Shown: positions 50,091-63,262 of the stretch, piece after piece
How positions within the stretch are numbered: the stretch's first letter is position 1
How the letters are laid out: every line of letters begins with the position of its first letter
DNA from: Octopus sinensis
Lineage: Eukaryota
Reading direction: 5' to 3'
Length of the DNA stretch: 64,000 nt
Assembly (NCBI RefSeq): GCF_006345805.1
Contig: NC_043012.1
Coordinates: 14,880,001 to 14,944,000, forward strand
Program-made: the position numbers and the translations under genes
The notes under the pieces: generated by a model
What the model was told of the DNA's origin: nothing
Database searches by the model: none
The model's input: only the letters and a program-made list of their open reading frames with translations

Positions 50091-50122
50091 GAGTTTGAAA
50101 CTGTAGAAGAACGAAACCGACG
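50091..50122 (+). CDS. Coding exon 2 (32 nt) of the RIM/Piccolo/Fife-family gene
   Basis: Strong acceptor tttttttttcttgttttgcag and gtaatt donor. The phase-0 join to exon 1 gives ..QRAK|EFETVEERNRR, continuing the acidic helix seen in RIM/Slp N-termini. Confidence 0.78.
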
Positions 50123-50338
50123 GTAATTATAATTGGTTCTTTATTACTTGCTTTAATGAAAGGATATCAAGAGAACCTATTGTGATGTCAGCAGTGATGG
50201 CTGGTATTTCTTTACGTTGTGGCTTCTATTTGTTACAGACTCGTTTCCTTGACCATGAATATGTATTGAATCACTGGGTCCACACTGGGCAAGGCACCAG
50301 TCCCTTCCTGCTTCACTTCAGGTCAATTTGTCATTATA

Positions 50339-51617
50339 CAAGGTGGTATCAAAAGGTTCCTGGACTAGTTATGTTTAATAAAAAAATAACTTATTCACCC
50401 AAGCTTTTATATCATCTTCGAAATAGTCACCTTGTGCAACAATACACCAGTCCTACATTCCTGCTACTTTTGGAATCTGGCCTGGAAGTCATCTTCCGTA
50501 AGCAAGTTGAGGACCTTCTGTGATTTGCTCTGGATCTTGACAACAGTGTTAAAATGGTAACCTTTGAGCTGCATTTTCATCTTGGGAAAGAGATGGATGT
50601 TCACAGGTGCTAAATCTGGCAAATAGGGCGAGTGTGGAAGCGATACAATGTTGTTTTTGGCGAAAAATTCACAGGTGAGGAGAGCTTGGTGACTGGGTGC
50701 ATTGTTGTTGTGAAGAATCCAATTCTTTGTGCTCCATAGATCTGGTCGCTTTCACCAAATGTCCTCTCTCCAATGCTTCAAAACCTCACAGTAGAACTCT
50801 CGATTGATGGTCTGATTCAGGGGGGCAAATTCTTGATGTGCAATACTGTGGATATCAAAAGAAATGATGAGCAGGCTCTTCTTCAGTCATGTAGATGAAG
50901 GCCTCTTCCATTGTGATGACTGCTGCTTCATCTCAGGGTTGTACCTGTAGACTCAACTCTCATCACCAGACCAGTCATGATCTTTTGACATGAAAGATGG
51001 GTCATCAGTGGCATACTGACAAAGATCTTGACAGACTTTGACATGATGATCTTTCTGCTCTGGTCAGCAGGCAGAGGACAAACTTGGCAGAGACATGCTG
51101 CATGTTCAATTTAGACATTAGGATAGCTTGCATGGATCCATACAACACACCAACAACATCAGTAATGTCATTCGTTGTCCTCAGACAATCCTCATGCACA
51201 AGCTGATGAATTTCCTCCACATTTCCAGGGGTGACATTCACGGCAGGTCTTCCAGACTGTTTGTTGTCTTCTAGGGATGTTCTTCTACTTTTGAAGTGCC
51301 TGTGCCACTTGAAACATTGCAAACAACCAATTGCCTTGTCACCATAAGCTTGCCAAAGCCTGCTCAATGTCTCTGTAGCAGACTTCCCAAGTTTAACACA
51401 AAATTTCACGTTGGCTCTTTGTTCCAACTTCCTGTCCATGACAAAATTGCAGACTACAGCATACACGTGATCAGAAGAACACAAATTTCACAACTTGCAA
51501 AATAGATACAGTGATGTCAACACACTGCCCCATGAAGGTCACTGCTTGCATGCTACCATGTGCAGCCATCTGTTGTCGTGCCACAGAAACAGTCAGGGAA
51601 ATTTTGATGCCACCTCA
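50339..51617 (-). mobile_element. Full-length degenerate mariner (1279 bp)
   Basis: TIRs CAAGGTGGTATCAAAA / TTTTGATGCCACCTCA with TA on both sides. MDRKLEQRANVKFCVKLGKSATET..VSAKFV, then SGDES, HNNNAP and PYLPDLAP with stops. Confidence 0.93.
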
Positions 51618-52462
51618 TATTTTTTTAAATGCCACATATTTTTACAAATATATGCTGTTCACTATCTAGCTGTAGCATAACAGGATGGGAGAGGTAACGA
51701 AGGAGGGGGCAGGGGAACACAGTCTACCCCAGGTGGTGTTTTTATAGGGCAGCAAACTGTAGGGCTGTCCTGGGCAGCACACACTCTAGCTATCTCACAG
51801 CTATCAAGCTGAAAATTTGGCAGAAATGAATGGTCTGTTCAATGCCAAATGTCAAATTGAATAACAGATCATTTAGGTTGTCTACTACAATTCTGTAGCA
51901 TTTCCCTTGGGGAGCATTAAGTTTTGGCAGTTTGCACTTGGCAGGTTTTGCTTTCTATCAAATCTTCAAAGAGTGGCTTTATTGCAAATAACTTATTAGT
52001 TACAGTTAAGAGAAAAAAAAAGGGAAAGAAATAAGGTAATAAATACAAGACTGAACTAAATAGGTTTAGCCATTTATTCCACTTTAAAAGGTGTTGGATA
52101 GCTTGACCTTTTGTGACCCTATTTTCTGATGTTAATATACTGCCTTATGTTTCAATTTTAAGAATAATCAAGAATTATGAGAGGTTTGTGAATAACTAGG
52201 TTTTAGATTCAAAAAGGATCAAATTTACTTACTGAAATCTAATATCTGAAATGTAATAGAGATTTCAGTCAAAGATTTTCATTTAAATTTGAACAGACTC
52301 CAGAGGTTTAGGGTAGGCTGGTGTTGAAAGCGTTATGATTTAGTCTTTATTCCTAAATGGTTAGGGTCATGACTCACTTAGTATTGCTTGAAAATTAAGA
52401 GATGAACAAATTCCCTCACAACTTTTTAAAAATTCTTTTGTCTCATTTTGGGTTAATATAAA

Positions 52463-52649
52463 CCCTTAAGCATTCAGATTACTCTGTGAAATGTAATTTT
52501 TATTTACTCACATTGTTTTGAATTTATCGTATTTTATTGTAGCTTTGAGATGTTGATAACATTGTAGAGTAGGTGTGGATCTGGCCAATTTTTGACATAA
52601 AATCGGTAGAATATTTGGACCAGATGTGGCCAGTTTCAGTGCTAAAGGA
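52463..52649. mobile_element. TTAA piggyBac-like MITE
   Basis: CCCTTAAGCATTCAGATTAC ... GCTAAAGGA|TTAA. Confidence 0.75.
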
Positions 52650-52976
52650 TTAACATATTCCCTGGATATTCCTCTGAAGATCTGAGAAATATCCAGAAAA
52701 TATGTTGAATAGTAATCAATGCTAAAGCAAGACAAAAGAGATTTGAAAGGCCGTTAGGAAATATTTTCTTAATTAGACTAATTTTTATGCTCTACTAGAA
52801 ACCCATGCACGGATATACAGGTATTGGTAAACCAAGAAGAGCATAACTGGATGGTGGGGTCGGCCATGCATATCAACCTCCCCTCTGGCTTCAAAGGAAA
52901 GTTTTAACTACTCAGCCATACCTTCATGTATGATTCATTCAGAATATTTCAATTAAGGTCTTAAAGAACCTTTATA

Positions 52977-53461
52977 TGACAGGGTGCTGAAAAGTTCCTG
53001 GTTTTAAGAGTATTGTGAAAGGCCTGGTTGGAGGCCCAATCTCTCGAGTTCTTTTACAGGGTTTAGAAAAACTGAAGGACCACTGCAATAAGTGTGAATC
53101 TGAGACGGGAATAAAAGGGTAAAAAGCAAAGACCGCCTTTGGCTATGAATGACCATGGAATTGCACTTAGAAAGTTACCCTCTGAAGCTCAAGTACGGGC
53201 AAAGTTGTTTATAGAAGACCAGCAGTCGCCCATGCATACCGGCCTCCCCTCTCCACACCACCAGTGTTATCCAAGGGAAAGGCAAAGGGGCCAATACAGC
53301 TTGGCACCAATGACATTGCAACTCATTTCTACAGCTGAGTGAACTGGAGCAACGTGAAATAAAATGCGTTGCTCAAGAACACAACAGACAGCCCAGTTCG
53401 AGAATTGAACTTACTACGTTGGTCTTTTATCCAAAGCCAGGAACTTTTCAGCACCCTTTCG
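52977..53461. mobile_element. Mariner-type MITE with a nested retroposon
   Basis: AGGGTGCTGAAAAGTTCCTGG ... CCAGGAACTTTTCAGCACCCT TIRs, TA flanks, and an extra ~290 bp relative to 21577-21793. Confidence 0.8.
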
Positions 53462-53505
53462 TATTTAATCTCCTGTTCAAAATATCCATGTATTGTGTGA
53501 TTTAA

Positions 53506-53707
53506 CCCTTTAATATTCAGATTACTTTGTTAAATGTAATGCTTATTTGTTCACGTTGTTTTGAATCAATCGTGTATTATCTCAGCTTTGAGATATTTTG
53601 ATGATGTGATTGTTTATTTTTAAATGTAAGAGGCCGGGTCTTACTGGTTTGAACATAAAAAATGGAAGAATATGTGGGCAGATATGGTTGGTTTAAATAC
53701 TAAAGGA
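53506..53707. mobile_element. TTAA piggyBac-like MITE
   Basis: TTAA|CCCTTTAATATTCAGATTAC ... ACTAAAGGA|TTAA. Confidence 0.78.
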
Positions 53708-53927
53708 TTAACATTAGGCATTTAGTTGTATTAGTACTAAGAAATCTTCTAAGTTTGTAAATTTATTGATTTATCCAATCATGTAATGTTGTGTAGCCAT
53801 GAAATTTTGTGAGCTTAACATTTGTTGAAATTTGAATTCATAATGGCTTAGTGGATAATCTGTTAAGTTCTGCAGTAATATTCTTAATATTTCAATACAT
53901 ATTGGCATTGGATGTTGTGCTGACAAC

Positions 53928-54216
53928 AAAAAACCTGGCTGATGACAGAACAACGAAAAATCTGGCTGATGACAGTCAAGGCTGATCTGGAACCCAACCT
54001 AGGCTCCCATATCTACGGCGTTCGCCACTGGAATAAGGAGTGGTTGAGATCACGTGGTCGTTAACCTCAAATCACCGCTGGAATAAGGAGTGGTTGAGAT
54101 AACATGGTCGTTAACCTCAAATCGCCAGGTCTGGTCGGCGTTTGTGAGAGATGCAGCATTGAGGATGAATGAAGCCAGCTCAACCCACCCCGGGTGAATG
54201 CTGTCTCAAGTCAAGT
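53928..54216 (+). mobile_element. RTE LINE 3' end with two internal tandem duplications
   Basis: Same family as 36316-36605; (CAAGT)n tail; duplicated blocks 53929-53948/53956-53975 and 54025-54073/54075-54123. Confidence 0.88.
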
Positions 54217-55104
54217 TGTATCCTTAGGTAACACACTTCCTGATTTGATCTGTGTTCACATGGACTCAATATGAATGTAAAAACAACATAAGTTGTAATC
54301 ATTGATCAATTTGAAAACTAATGAGCAATTAAATAGCTTGATGTTTAGATTGTTTTGTTTTTTTTGACAGCTGCCTAGTGTAGCTGTAATGCTTGTTATC
54401 ATGTTGAACAGTCTAAATATATCCCTGGGTGTAATGATAATGAGGTGATAATATCAAGAATGAAATGTAGAAATCTTATGTTATGGAAAGACTGAACTCA
54501 CTGATTTGGTTGTGTACTGGCTTATTGGCTGAAAAATCAACAGTTCTATCTTCACTCACTGACATTTTTGTCTCTCTAACACAGCTGATTATATATTAAG
54601 AGTTAGTTATAATTTGTATAAGTAGAAGGAGCTCTGTCATAGGACAAATACTTGTAACCCTGAGCTCAGAGTTTCACACAGCTACAAAAAACAAAAGGAT
54701 GATGTGTGTACCCATATCATTTCCTATTTTCATTATATAACCTTTTCTGACAATTGCTAGGGTTTTCTCAACTCTTGGTATGAAATCAATAGATAAATTG
54801 GCTGATGTAAAAATATAATATTGTATTTTAATAATAATAATGATGATGATGATGATAAGCATCCACACAATCTCCATTGATTCACTCCCTTTCAAAGTGC
54901 TTGGGTTAACCAAAGCTATTGTAAAAGAGACTTGCCCAAGATATTATTCAGTAGGGGCAAACCTGAGACCTTGTGATTGATGCCAAGATAGGTCCATATA
55001 TCATCATCATCATGTCCACTTTTCCATGTTTGCACAGGTTGGACAGAATTTGTTGAGGCATATTTTCTATGGCCAGCTATCCTTTCTACTGCCAACCTTT
55101 ACTA

Positions 55105-55961
55105 CAAGGGAGCACCCAAAAGAAACCGGAATTTTCCACTATTATTTTATTCACTTAGTTTTACATATTTACACTTTAATTGCCTTCAAAGTATTCTCCA
55201 CTTGAAGCAATGGTCCAGGCACATTTTCCACTACTCGAAGCAGTGCTGGAACTCTTGCAAAGTGATGCCTTTTAACACTTCCATTGTTTTTTTCCTCACT
55301 CACCTCTTCCACATCTGCAAATTCCGTAGCACCAGTTTTTGTCACCAGTGATGACCTTCGAAAAAAGGTTCGAATCAACTTCCAACTGTTCTTTCAGTTC
55401 ACGACATGCATTCAGTTGTGATTGCTTTTGATCTTCCGTGAGCAAGCGAGGCACAAGTTTTGCTGCAACTCTTTTCATTCCTCACTCAAAATTCGTTGGC
55501 AGGAGCTCCAGGACACACCAGTTATATCAACAAGTTCATCAATTGTTCGGTAATGGTCCTCCAAGATCAATTCATGAATTTTCATGTATTCATGCAGGAG
55601 GTTGATGGTTGTCCTGAATGGGGTTGGTCTTCAAGTGACCAATCCTAAAGCATAGAAACCATTTGTAAACTTGTGTTTTGCTCATGGCGGCATCTTTGTA
55701 AGCTGTTTCAGCCACCGTTTTCACCAGCAGTAAACAGAATTTTGCAGAAGCACGCTGTTCCTTCATTTCAGCCAGCGCAAAAATTGAGGAACAGAGAAGC
55801 AAAACAAAGATCATCATGTGGCAGTATGACTCCACCCGACACTGCCATTTCGCAGACTGATGACTGAGGATGACATCAAGTGGCATCTAGTGGCAGAAAC
55901 CTGAACTACAACAGGCTTGTCCCACACAGAATGTTTCTGGTTACTTTTGGATACCCCCTTG
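55105..55961 (-). mobile_element. Internally deleted mariner
   Basis: TIRs CAAGGGAGCACCCAAAAGAAACCGGAA / TTCTGGTTACTTTTGGATACCCCCTTG with TA flanks. MKEQRASAKFC and MKRVAAKLVPRLLT..VITGD fragments. Confidence 0.9.
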
Positions 55962-57947
55962 TACATGTTTCCAAGTAAGGTATTATTTCCCCCATGGCCA
56001 GACATGTTTTACATGGTAAATTGACAGTGGAGGACACTGCTGTATGACGGGGACATTCATTTACAACTATAATGTGATGTCAAGATAAGGAGGTATTAAC
56101 TATTGTGCATGCACACACACACACACACACACATGCATATGATGGGCTTCTTTCAGTCTCTGTCTACCAAATTCACTCAGAAGGCTTTGGTTGGGCTAAT
56201 GTTGTGGTAGAAGACACTTGCCCAAAATACCATGCAGTGGGACTGAAAACTGAACCTGAAACCATATTCATCAAAATCTATTTTGGTATTGGATTTGTAT
56301 CTTAAACATTGATCTATGAAATGGTGTTTCACTTTGTGGATGACTGCTGTATGATATTAGTTACATAATCGTCTTCATCATTTTGACATCAAAATATAAA
56401 TATATATGAATATATAGAAAAGTTTATAGAACATTTCAAATAAACTCTTGATATAGATATTATTAAATTGACATAATTAATCTTAAATGAGTGTGGACTG
56501 CCAGTACAATGCCGAAAAATTATTAATTGGATATGATAGCATTTAAAAAGATGAATATTCTTTTCAGATATCATCTAAGATACTAAGGAAATTTCACCGT
56601 TACATTCTGTATACTGTATTTTTTTGCATTCTAGTCAACGTAGTATATAGTATAAATGTGTAGTGTAAACATCCAAACATCATCTCTATCTTTCCAAATC
56701 CTGCTGCATTTCACATGATGGTCCTCCACAGCTGCCTTGGTGTATTAATCAACCTACTTTTTTTCTGGCTGTAAATTTTTGTCTGAGAAATTCAACGTGT
56801 ATGCTAGAAAATATGATACGCTAACACACAATATTTTGCAAAGTTCAATGGTGAAGTCTGTCAGTTATAGAATGTAAAATTAATGGGAAACTTGGTTTCC
56901 AAACTTGAAGTGACTGGGAATTTGACAAACTGGTCTGACTACATTGTGCATACATAAAAACCTATATTAAACAGAAGATGATTGCCTGATGTTGATTTTT
57001 GACCTTTCATTATACAGTATTATTGATATTAATATATTAATTGAATCTATATTCCCGTCTCAAATACAGCCAAGTTTTTTTTTAAATCAATAGCTAAGTA
57101 GTACTGTTGTGAGCAAAGAAGCATGAATTCTAGAGCTGACTTTTTCTAATTTTTTTTTACTCTATTCAGTATTTTTCTTATTAAAGAGAAATTTGACATT
57201 TTAATAAATTTATTTTCCAAAAATTTCTACAGAGAATGCATCCACTCTAAACTTTTTTTCTCCAACTCTTGATCTAATACACACACACACACACACACAC
57301 ATACACACATCTTTGTCAGGAAGACAAGGCTGTGTGGTTAGGAAGTTAGCATTACAACTATGTAGTTTTCGTTTAGATCAACTGTGCAATACCTTGTGCA
57401 GATGTCTTCCACCGTGCCTTAAGGCCGACCATTATCTTGTGATTGGAAATTGATCACCAGAAACTCTGTGTGTGTGTGTGTATGTGTTTTTGCCAATATA
57501 TATTGGCAAAGGATGTAACCATTATTAAAAAAGCCAAATAACATTCTCTTGTTATTCGCTCCAAAAGAAATATAATGAATCAGTGATATCATTTAACGTC
57601 CGTTTTCCATGCTGGCATGGGTGCTTTTACATAGTGCCTGCACAGGTGCTTTTTATGTGGTACTGGTTATAGAGCTCTTACAGGCCAATCCTCTTCAGAA
57701 AGGGGAGGATGAGATAGGTAAATAAATAGATGAATAAATTAATAAAACCTTTCACAATAGAAATGGAAATCTTTTACTTGACTTGTTTACAATAGACTTT
57801 TTTTGTTTCATTGCTAATGTAGTTAATTTTAGAGTTGGGCTTCTCTAAATTTAGCACTTAGAGTAGTTGCTAAGATAAATGTTACAGCGATGCAGTGTGA
57901 CAAAAGAAAGGTTTGGTATTTTAGTTTTGTGACACTTTTTGACAGTA

Positions 57948-58331
57948 GGTGCAGGAGTGGCTGTGTGGTAAGTGGCTTGCTTACCAACCACGTGGTCATG
58001 GGTTCAGTCCCACTGCATGGCACCTTGGGCAAGTGTCTCCTACTATAGCCTCGGGCCAACCAAAACCTTGTGAGTGGATTTGGTAGATGGAAACTGGAAG
58101 AAGCCTGTTGTGTGTGTGTATGCTTGTGTGTCTGTATTTGTCCCCCCAACATCGTTTGACAACCGATGCTGGTGTGTTTATGTCCCCGTAACTTAGCGGT
58201 TCGGCAAAAGAGACTGATAGAATAAGTACTAGCCTTACAAACAATAAGCTCTGGCGTCGATTTGCTCAGCTAAAGGCGGTACTCCAGCATGGCCGCAGTC
58301 AAATGACTGAAACAAGTAAAAGAATAAAAGT
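57948..58331 (+). mobile_element. SINE family A, full-length
   Basis: GGTGCAGGAGTGGCTGTGTGGTAAG head to GACTGAAACAAGTAAAAGAATAAAAG tail. Confidence 0.9.
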
Positions 58332-59652
58332 AATTACAGAATAATTTAAACATTGTTGAAGTTGAACCAAAGCCTTTTTGAGATTCAAAAGACATGGGTA
58401 AGAATTTGAATACAACTGTTTCAAATTATTTCTATATTTGCATTATCGTAATGAGACCTATGTCCTTTCTTTCATTAAAATAGCTAGAAACTTGTTAATT
58501 ACAAAATCTATTTTAGTGACAAAACCTGGGGAAATAATTATCACTGAAGATATTTAATAAAATCTGTGATGAGTTGGTGGCTCTTACATCATCATTTAAT
58601 GTGTGTGTTTCATGCTGGCATGGGTTGGTTGGTTTGACGGCATCTTACAAGTCAAAGGATTCTGCCAAGCTCTATGCTTCGGCATGGTTTCCTAACACCA
58701 ACCCTTTTTACAGAATATACTGGGTGTTTTTCTACACGGCAGTGGCACCAGTAAAGTCACCAAGAAACTCGCAAGACAAGATTCCTCAACTTGGTTGGGT
58801 ACAGTATTGAAGAAGATGGCTTTATGTGAGGTAATGAGAGGTTAAAGTATGATAGAGGGACAGAAACAGGCATCTTGCTGTACAAGAGGTACATGTTTAC
58901 TCTGGTTGGAAAAGAGAGATGGTCGTGAAGACATCTTATGGGTGACCTTACATAAATTTGTGACGGAAGTTCTAATTTTGCCATGAGGGGCAGAAGTTTT
59001 CACACTCTGGTTACCTCTTTCTACTACAGCTATCAGCAACCAGAATCTGCAGACTCACAGAAATAGACTGGATTATGGAAAGAATAAAACATACCTTAAT
59101 TGCCACACTATGTCACCATACAATTAACCACTGCATGTCAGTGCATGCAGTATGGATGCCCAGCTTGGTGAACACATAACTGGAACAATAGTTTTGTGGG
59201 ATGCACCTAATCTTTCAGCTGACTACCTGTTGTCTATTACAGGTGTTTTCAGAGCTACTTTAGACCTCAGAAGATTTTACCATAGTCACCTGAACTGAAA
59301 GATTGCTGTTGCTTTGTTGTCAAGGTTGTTTTAATGGAAGTTTTATATTATAACTAGAGTTGAAGTAGCAGAAGAACTTTGGCTTCAATTGACTTCAGAT
59401 TTGAAACCAGTGGGAAGAACTTGGCTCTGAGGACTTTGCCTTGGCCAAGTTTGTTTTGAGTAATCTTCCATTCCACTTGGTTCTATTGTTCTACATTGGA
59501 AATGCTGCTCCACTGGAAACCCATCGTTGTTATCAACAGGTGTTACAAATTATATTCACCGATACATCATTATTAGCATTATATCTAACGACTGTTTGTA
59601 ATCTGCTGATATGAATCGGTTAGCTTTACAATTTATAGCATATTAACATATA

Positions 59653-60050
59653 TCTTTTATATTTCACTTGATTCAGTCATTAGACTGTGGTCATACTGGA
59701 GCACGGCTTTGAATTTCTTTCTTTCTTTTTTTTTTTAGTTGAATGAATCAACTCCAGTGCTTTAATTTTTAAAGCCTGCTACTTATTCTATTAATCTCTT
59801 TTGCGGAACTGTTAGGTTATGGGGATGTAAACACACCAACACCAGTTGTCAAGTAGTGATGGGGGACAAACACAAAGACACACACACACACACACAGCTT
59901 CTTTCAGTTTCCGTCTACCAAATCCACTTACAAGGCTTGGGTCAGCCCAAGGCTGTAGTAGAAGATACCTGCCCAAGGTGCCACACATGGGGACTGAATC
60001 CGGAACCATGTGGTTAGGAAGCAAGCTTCTTACCACACAGCCACACCTTC
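59653..60050 (-). mobile_element. SINE family A
   Basis: Full-length reverse complement. Confidence 0.85.
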
Positions 60051-63000
60051 ACCTATATATTTTAGTTGTGTGTTATTTTATTTGTTAGATTGTATGTTAT
60101 TTTACTGAATTAATTTATCTCATCTCTGGACATATATATATTATTTTGTGTAGTTTTCTCTTTAAATTGATGGTATAGTTCCACCCAGCATATATTATTC
60201 TATTGAGCAATATCCATACCATTTGGACAGAACAGAGAGATCCTTGGAAACCTGTGAACTACTAATTTTGCTTCTTCTCTAATTTTGTATTGGAGTCTAG
60301 GTCATGAATTAGAATTTTGACTGTAGATATAGCTAATCCTGTGTCATTTTAATAATTCAAAGTAGGTCACATATGGCTCCCTCTTAAAGCCTATGGCTTT
60401 ATTTTTTTATTTAACTTACCGTTTCATAATTTTTTTTTCTACCAGACTATTCATGTATTCATAAATTCTCCTTCTCTCAGCAAATATTGCTCATGGAATT
60501 TTGATAAATGCTTTCCAAGGTCAATAGTTGCAGCATTCAATTTTAATATTTTTTTTTGTAGCTTGTTTGCAATGTTTTAGTTTCTTTACATTAAATTGAA
60601 CACTCACAAACTCAATCATAGTTATGTGATTGCTAATCTCTCTCTCTCTTTGTTTTTCAATCGACATACTAAGATTAGCTGGCCACCACTCTCTTAATAT
60701 CTTGTTTGTATTTTGGCATTAATATCCTGTGCTTTTTGTCTCATTTGCATATTCTTAATTCCTCCGAATTAAGATGGTTGTCAGGAATGTGACACTATTA
60801 ACACTATAATGTCAGGTTTTCAGTGAAATGACAAAGTTAGTAAAGGAGATAGAATAAGAGTTACTCTCAGATAGAACTGTAGTATCCATGAGGTCTTTAG
60901 GATTAATAAGGTAGTTATTTCATTTATATTGCTATTGGGCGGTCTGGGCAATATGTTTAGTATGAGTTGTAAGATGATAAGAGAAGCAAGTACATCAGTT
61001 GTGAAGCAATGGAAATGGTAAAGGAAACCGGATCCATGGCAGTTGGCTTCATCTTTGTCAAGTTGGACAGCATTTAAAAACTTGATATACTCTAAAATGT
61101 CACTGAGTAGTATTCTGGTGTAGTGTGTGTGTGTGTATATATAATAACAAAATAATAAATGAAACATATGCATATATACATACATATATGTACATACCTA
61201 CATCTATATGTATATATACATGCATATGTGGTTACAGGACACCAAAAAAAATGTAGAACACAATGAGAAACGAAAACATAAAAACATATAAAAACAAAAC
61301 CATGGAAACGGACTTTTTTCAAACAACATAAAAAGAGTACAAGACATACAACACAAGGAATATTCCCCTGCTTCAACTACTCCGTGCTATTTGTGTGTGT
61401 GTGTGTGTTAGAGGTTTAGCTGATCAGAGCTAGAGTATTTTTTAGAATCAAAGTGAAATTCTAACCTTTTTAATTTGGTTGTGGGAAGCTGTGAACTATG
61501 CAGTGTCTTTATCTGAAGTGTGTGCATGCATACACACACAAAAAAAAAAAGTCCAAACAATAGCTGCCGTCACTTGCTAGCAAGTCCCTTGCATTCACTA
61601 ATTGGTTTAGATCCCTATATTGTTGTGATTAGATATTGACACCCTCTCGGTCCTCTGACACTTAACCCAGTGGAGTGTTTGAGGATGCAGCAGCTAGAGA
61701 GAAGGTAAGAGCTGCACCAGCTACTAGCAGGTACTCATTTTCTACTAAGTAGATTGGTGCATGGTAAAATGAAGTGCCTGGCTCAACTATACAATATGTC
61801 ATCCAGTGAAGTAATTGAATCTAACCTTATGTGGAGGTGCATGACCAAATGGTTTGGGTGTGTGTGTATATTCTCTTATTCTTTTCAGTCATTTGACTGT
61901 GGCCATGCTGGGGCATCACCTCAAAGAGTTTATGTTGAACAAATGTCCCCGTAACTTAGCGGTTAGGCAAAAGAGACTGATAGAATAAGTACTAGGCTTA
62001 CAAAGAATAAGTCCTGGGGTCGATTTAGTCGACTAAAGGTGGTGCTCCAGCATGGCCACAGTCAAATGACTGAAACAAGTAAAAGAGTAAAAAAGTATAG
62101 ACAAAACAATCTGTTAGATAAGCTGCTAAGATTGAATATTGAATGTTTAAATTTTAGTGGCATTGAGCAGATGAGAACCGTGCTGATAGGTTTCTGTAGA
62201 CTGTTTAGAAGAAGATCTTAAGAGGGAAATGTATATTGGAAAAGATAAAACAAAGACTTACCACAGCAAAGTTCAAGTAAGATAGACATTAAGGCCAAAG
62301 ATGAAAGAATCGGTGTTAGATAGTCTGACAAGCAGATAAGTTGTGTGTGTGTGTGTGTGCACGCACATGCATGAGCATGCATGCTTGATTGGAAAGCAAT
62401 ATTTAATGATTACTTAGGATTACATTACTTCCTTAGCAAATAGCTAGCTTTTACTGATGTAATTTTAGTTTATCTTCATGGAACATATTGTTATAAGACA
62501 GTTAATCACTTTACACATAGCAATGAAGTGATGCAAAAGTTGTCTTGTTTTGTAAACATATGATGAAATTAAGGATTATGAACTTAGTAGTACTAGAAAT
62601 ACAATTGGCTAGTGGCATCTATACTATAATAAAGCTGCTTAATATTAGTTATGAGCATGCAACTTTTATTAAAAGAAACTAGTTATTAAACTCTGCACTG
62701 TCTAGAGAATTCATATAAATTCCAATATTAATATATATTTTTATCAAAATGTGGTTTTATGCTTCTTTTATTACTGAAAATTTCAACTGTGTGCTAACCA
62801 GGAAACTAATTCTTATTCACTCTTACATAGGTTTTCTTTTTTTTTTTTTACTGTCTCACAGTAGTATCCCTTTTCTTCTATTTCCTTGCAACATTCTCTC
62901 TCTCTCTTTCCACATTTTCATTGTTTACAGCTTCTATTTCTGTTAGTCTTTCTATTTCTCTGTCCTTATAACATTTTTCTCTCTCATTCTTATCCTCAGC

Positions 63001-63208
63001 AATTTTTTTTTAATGTCTTTCTCCTTTCAGTCTTTGTCTTACTTTCCTTACAATACTCTCGCTATCTCTATATTGCTATTAATTCAATCGTTTTCATTAA
63101 AAATAAGTGATTACAAAGTTTTACTTTGAGATTATTTATAAACATTTTTGTGAATATTTTTATACTATATTTATCATATCAAAATTACTTTAAAATTTTT
63201 CATTTCGA

Positions 63209-63262
<54 letters not shown>

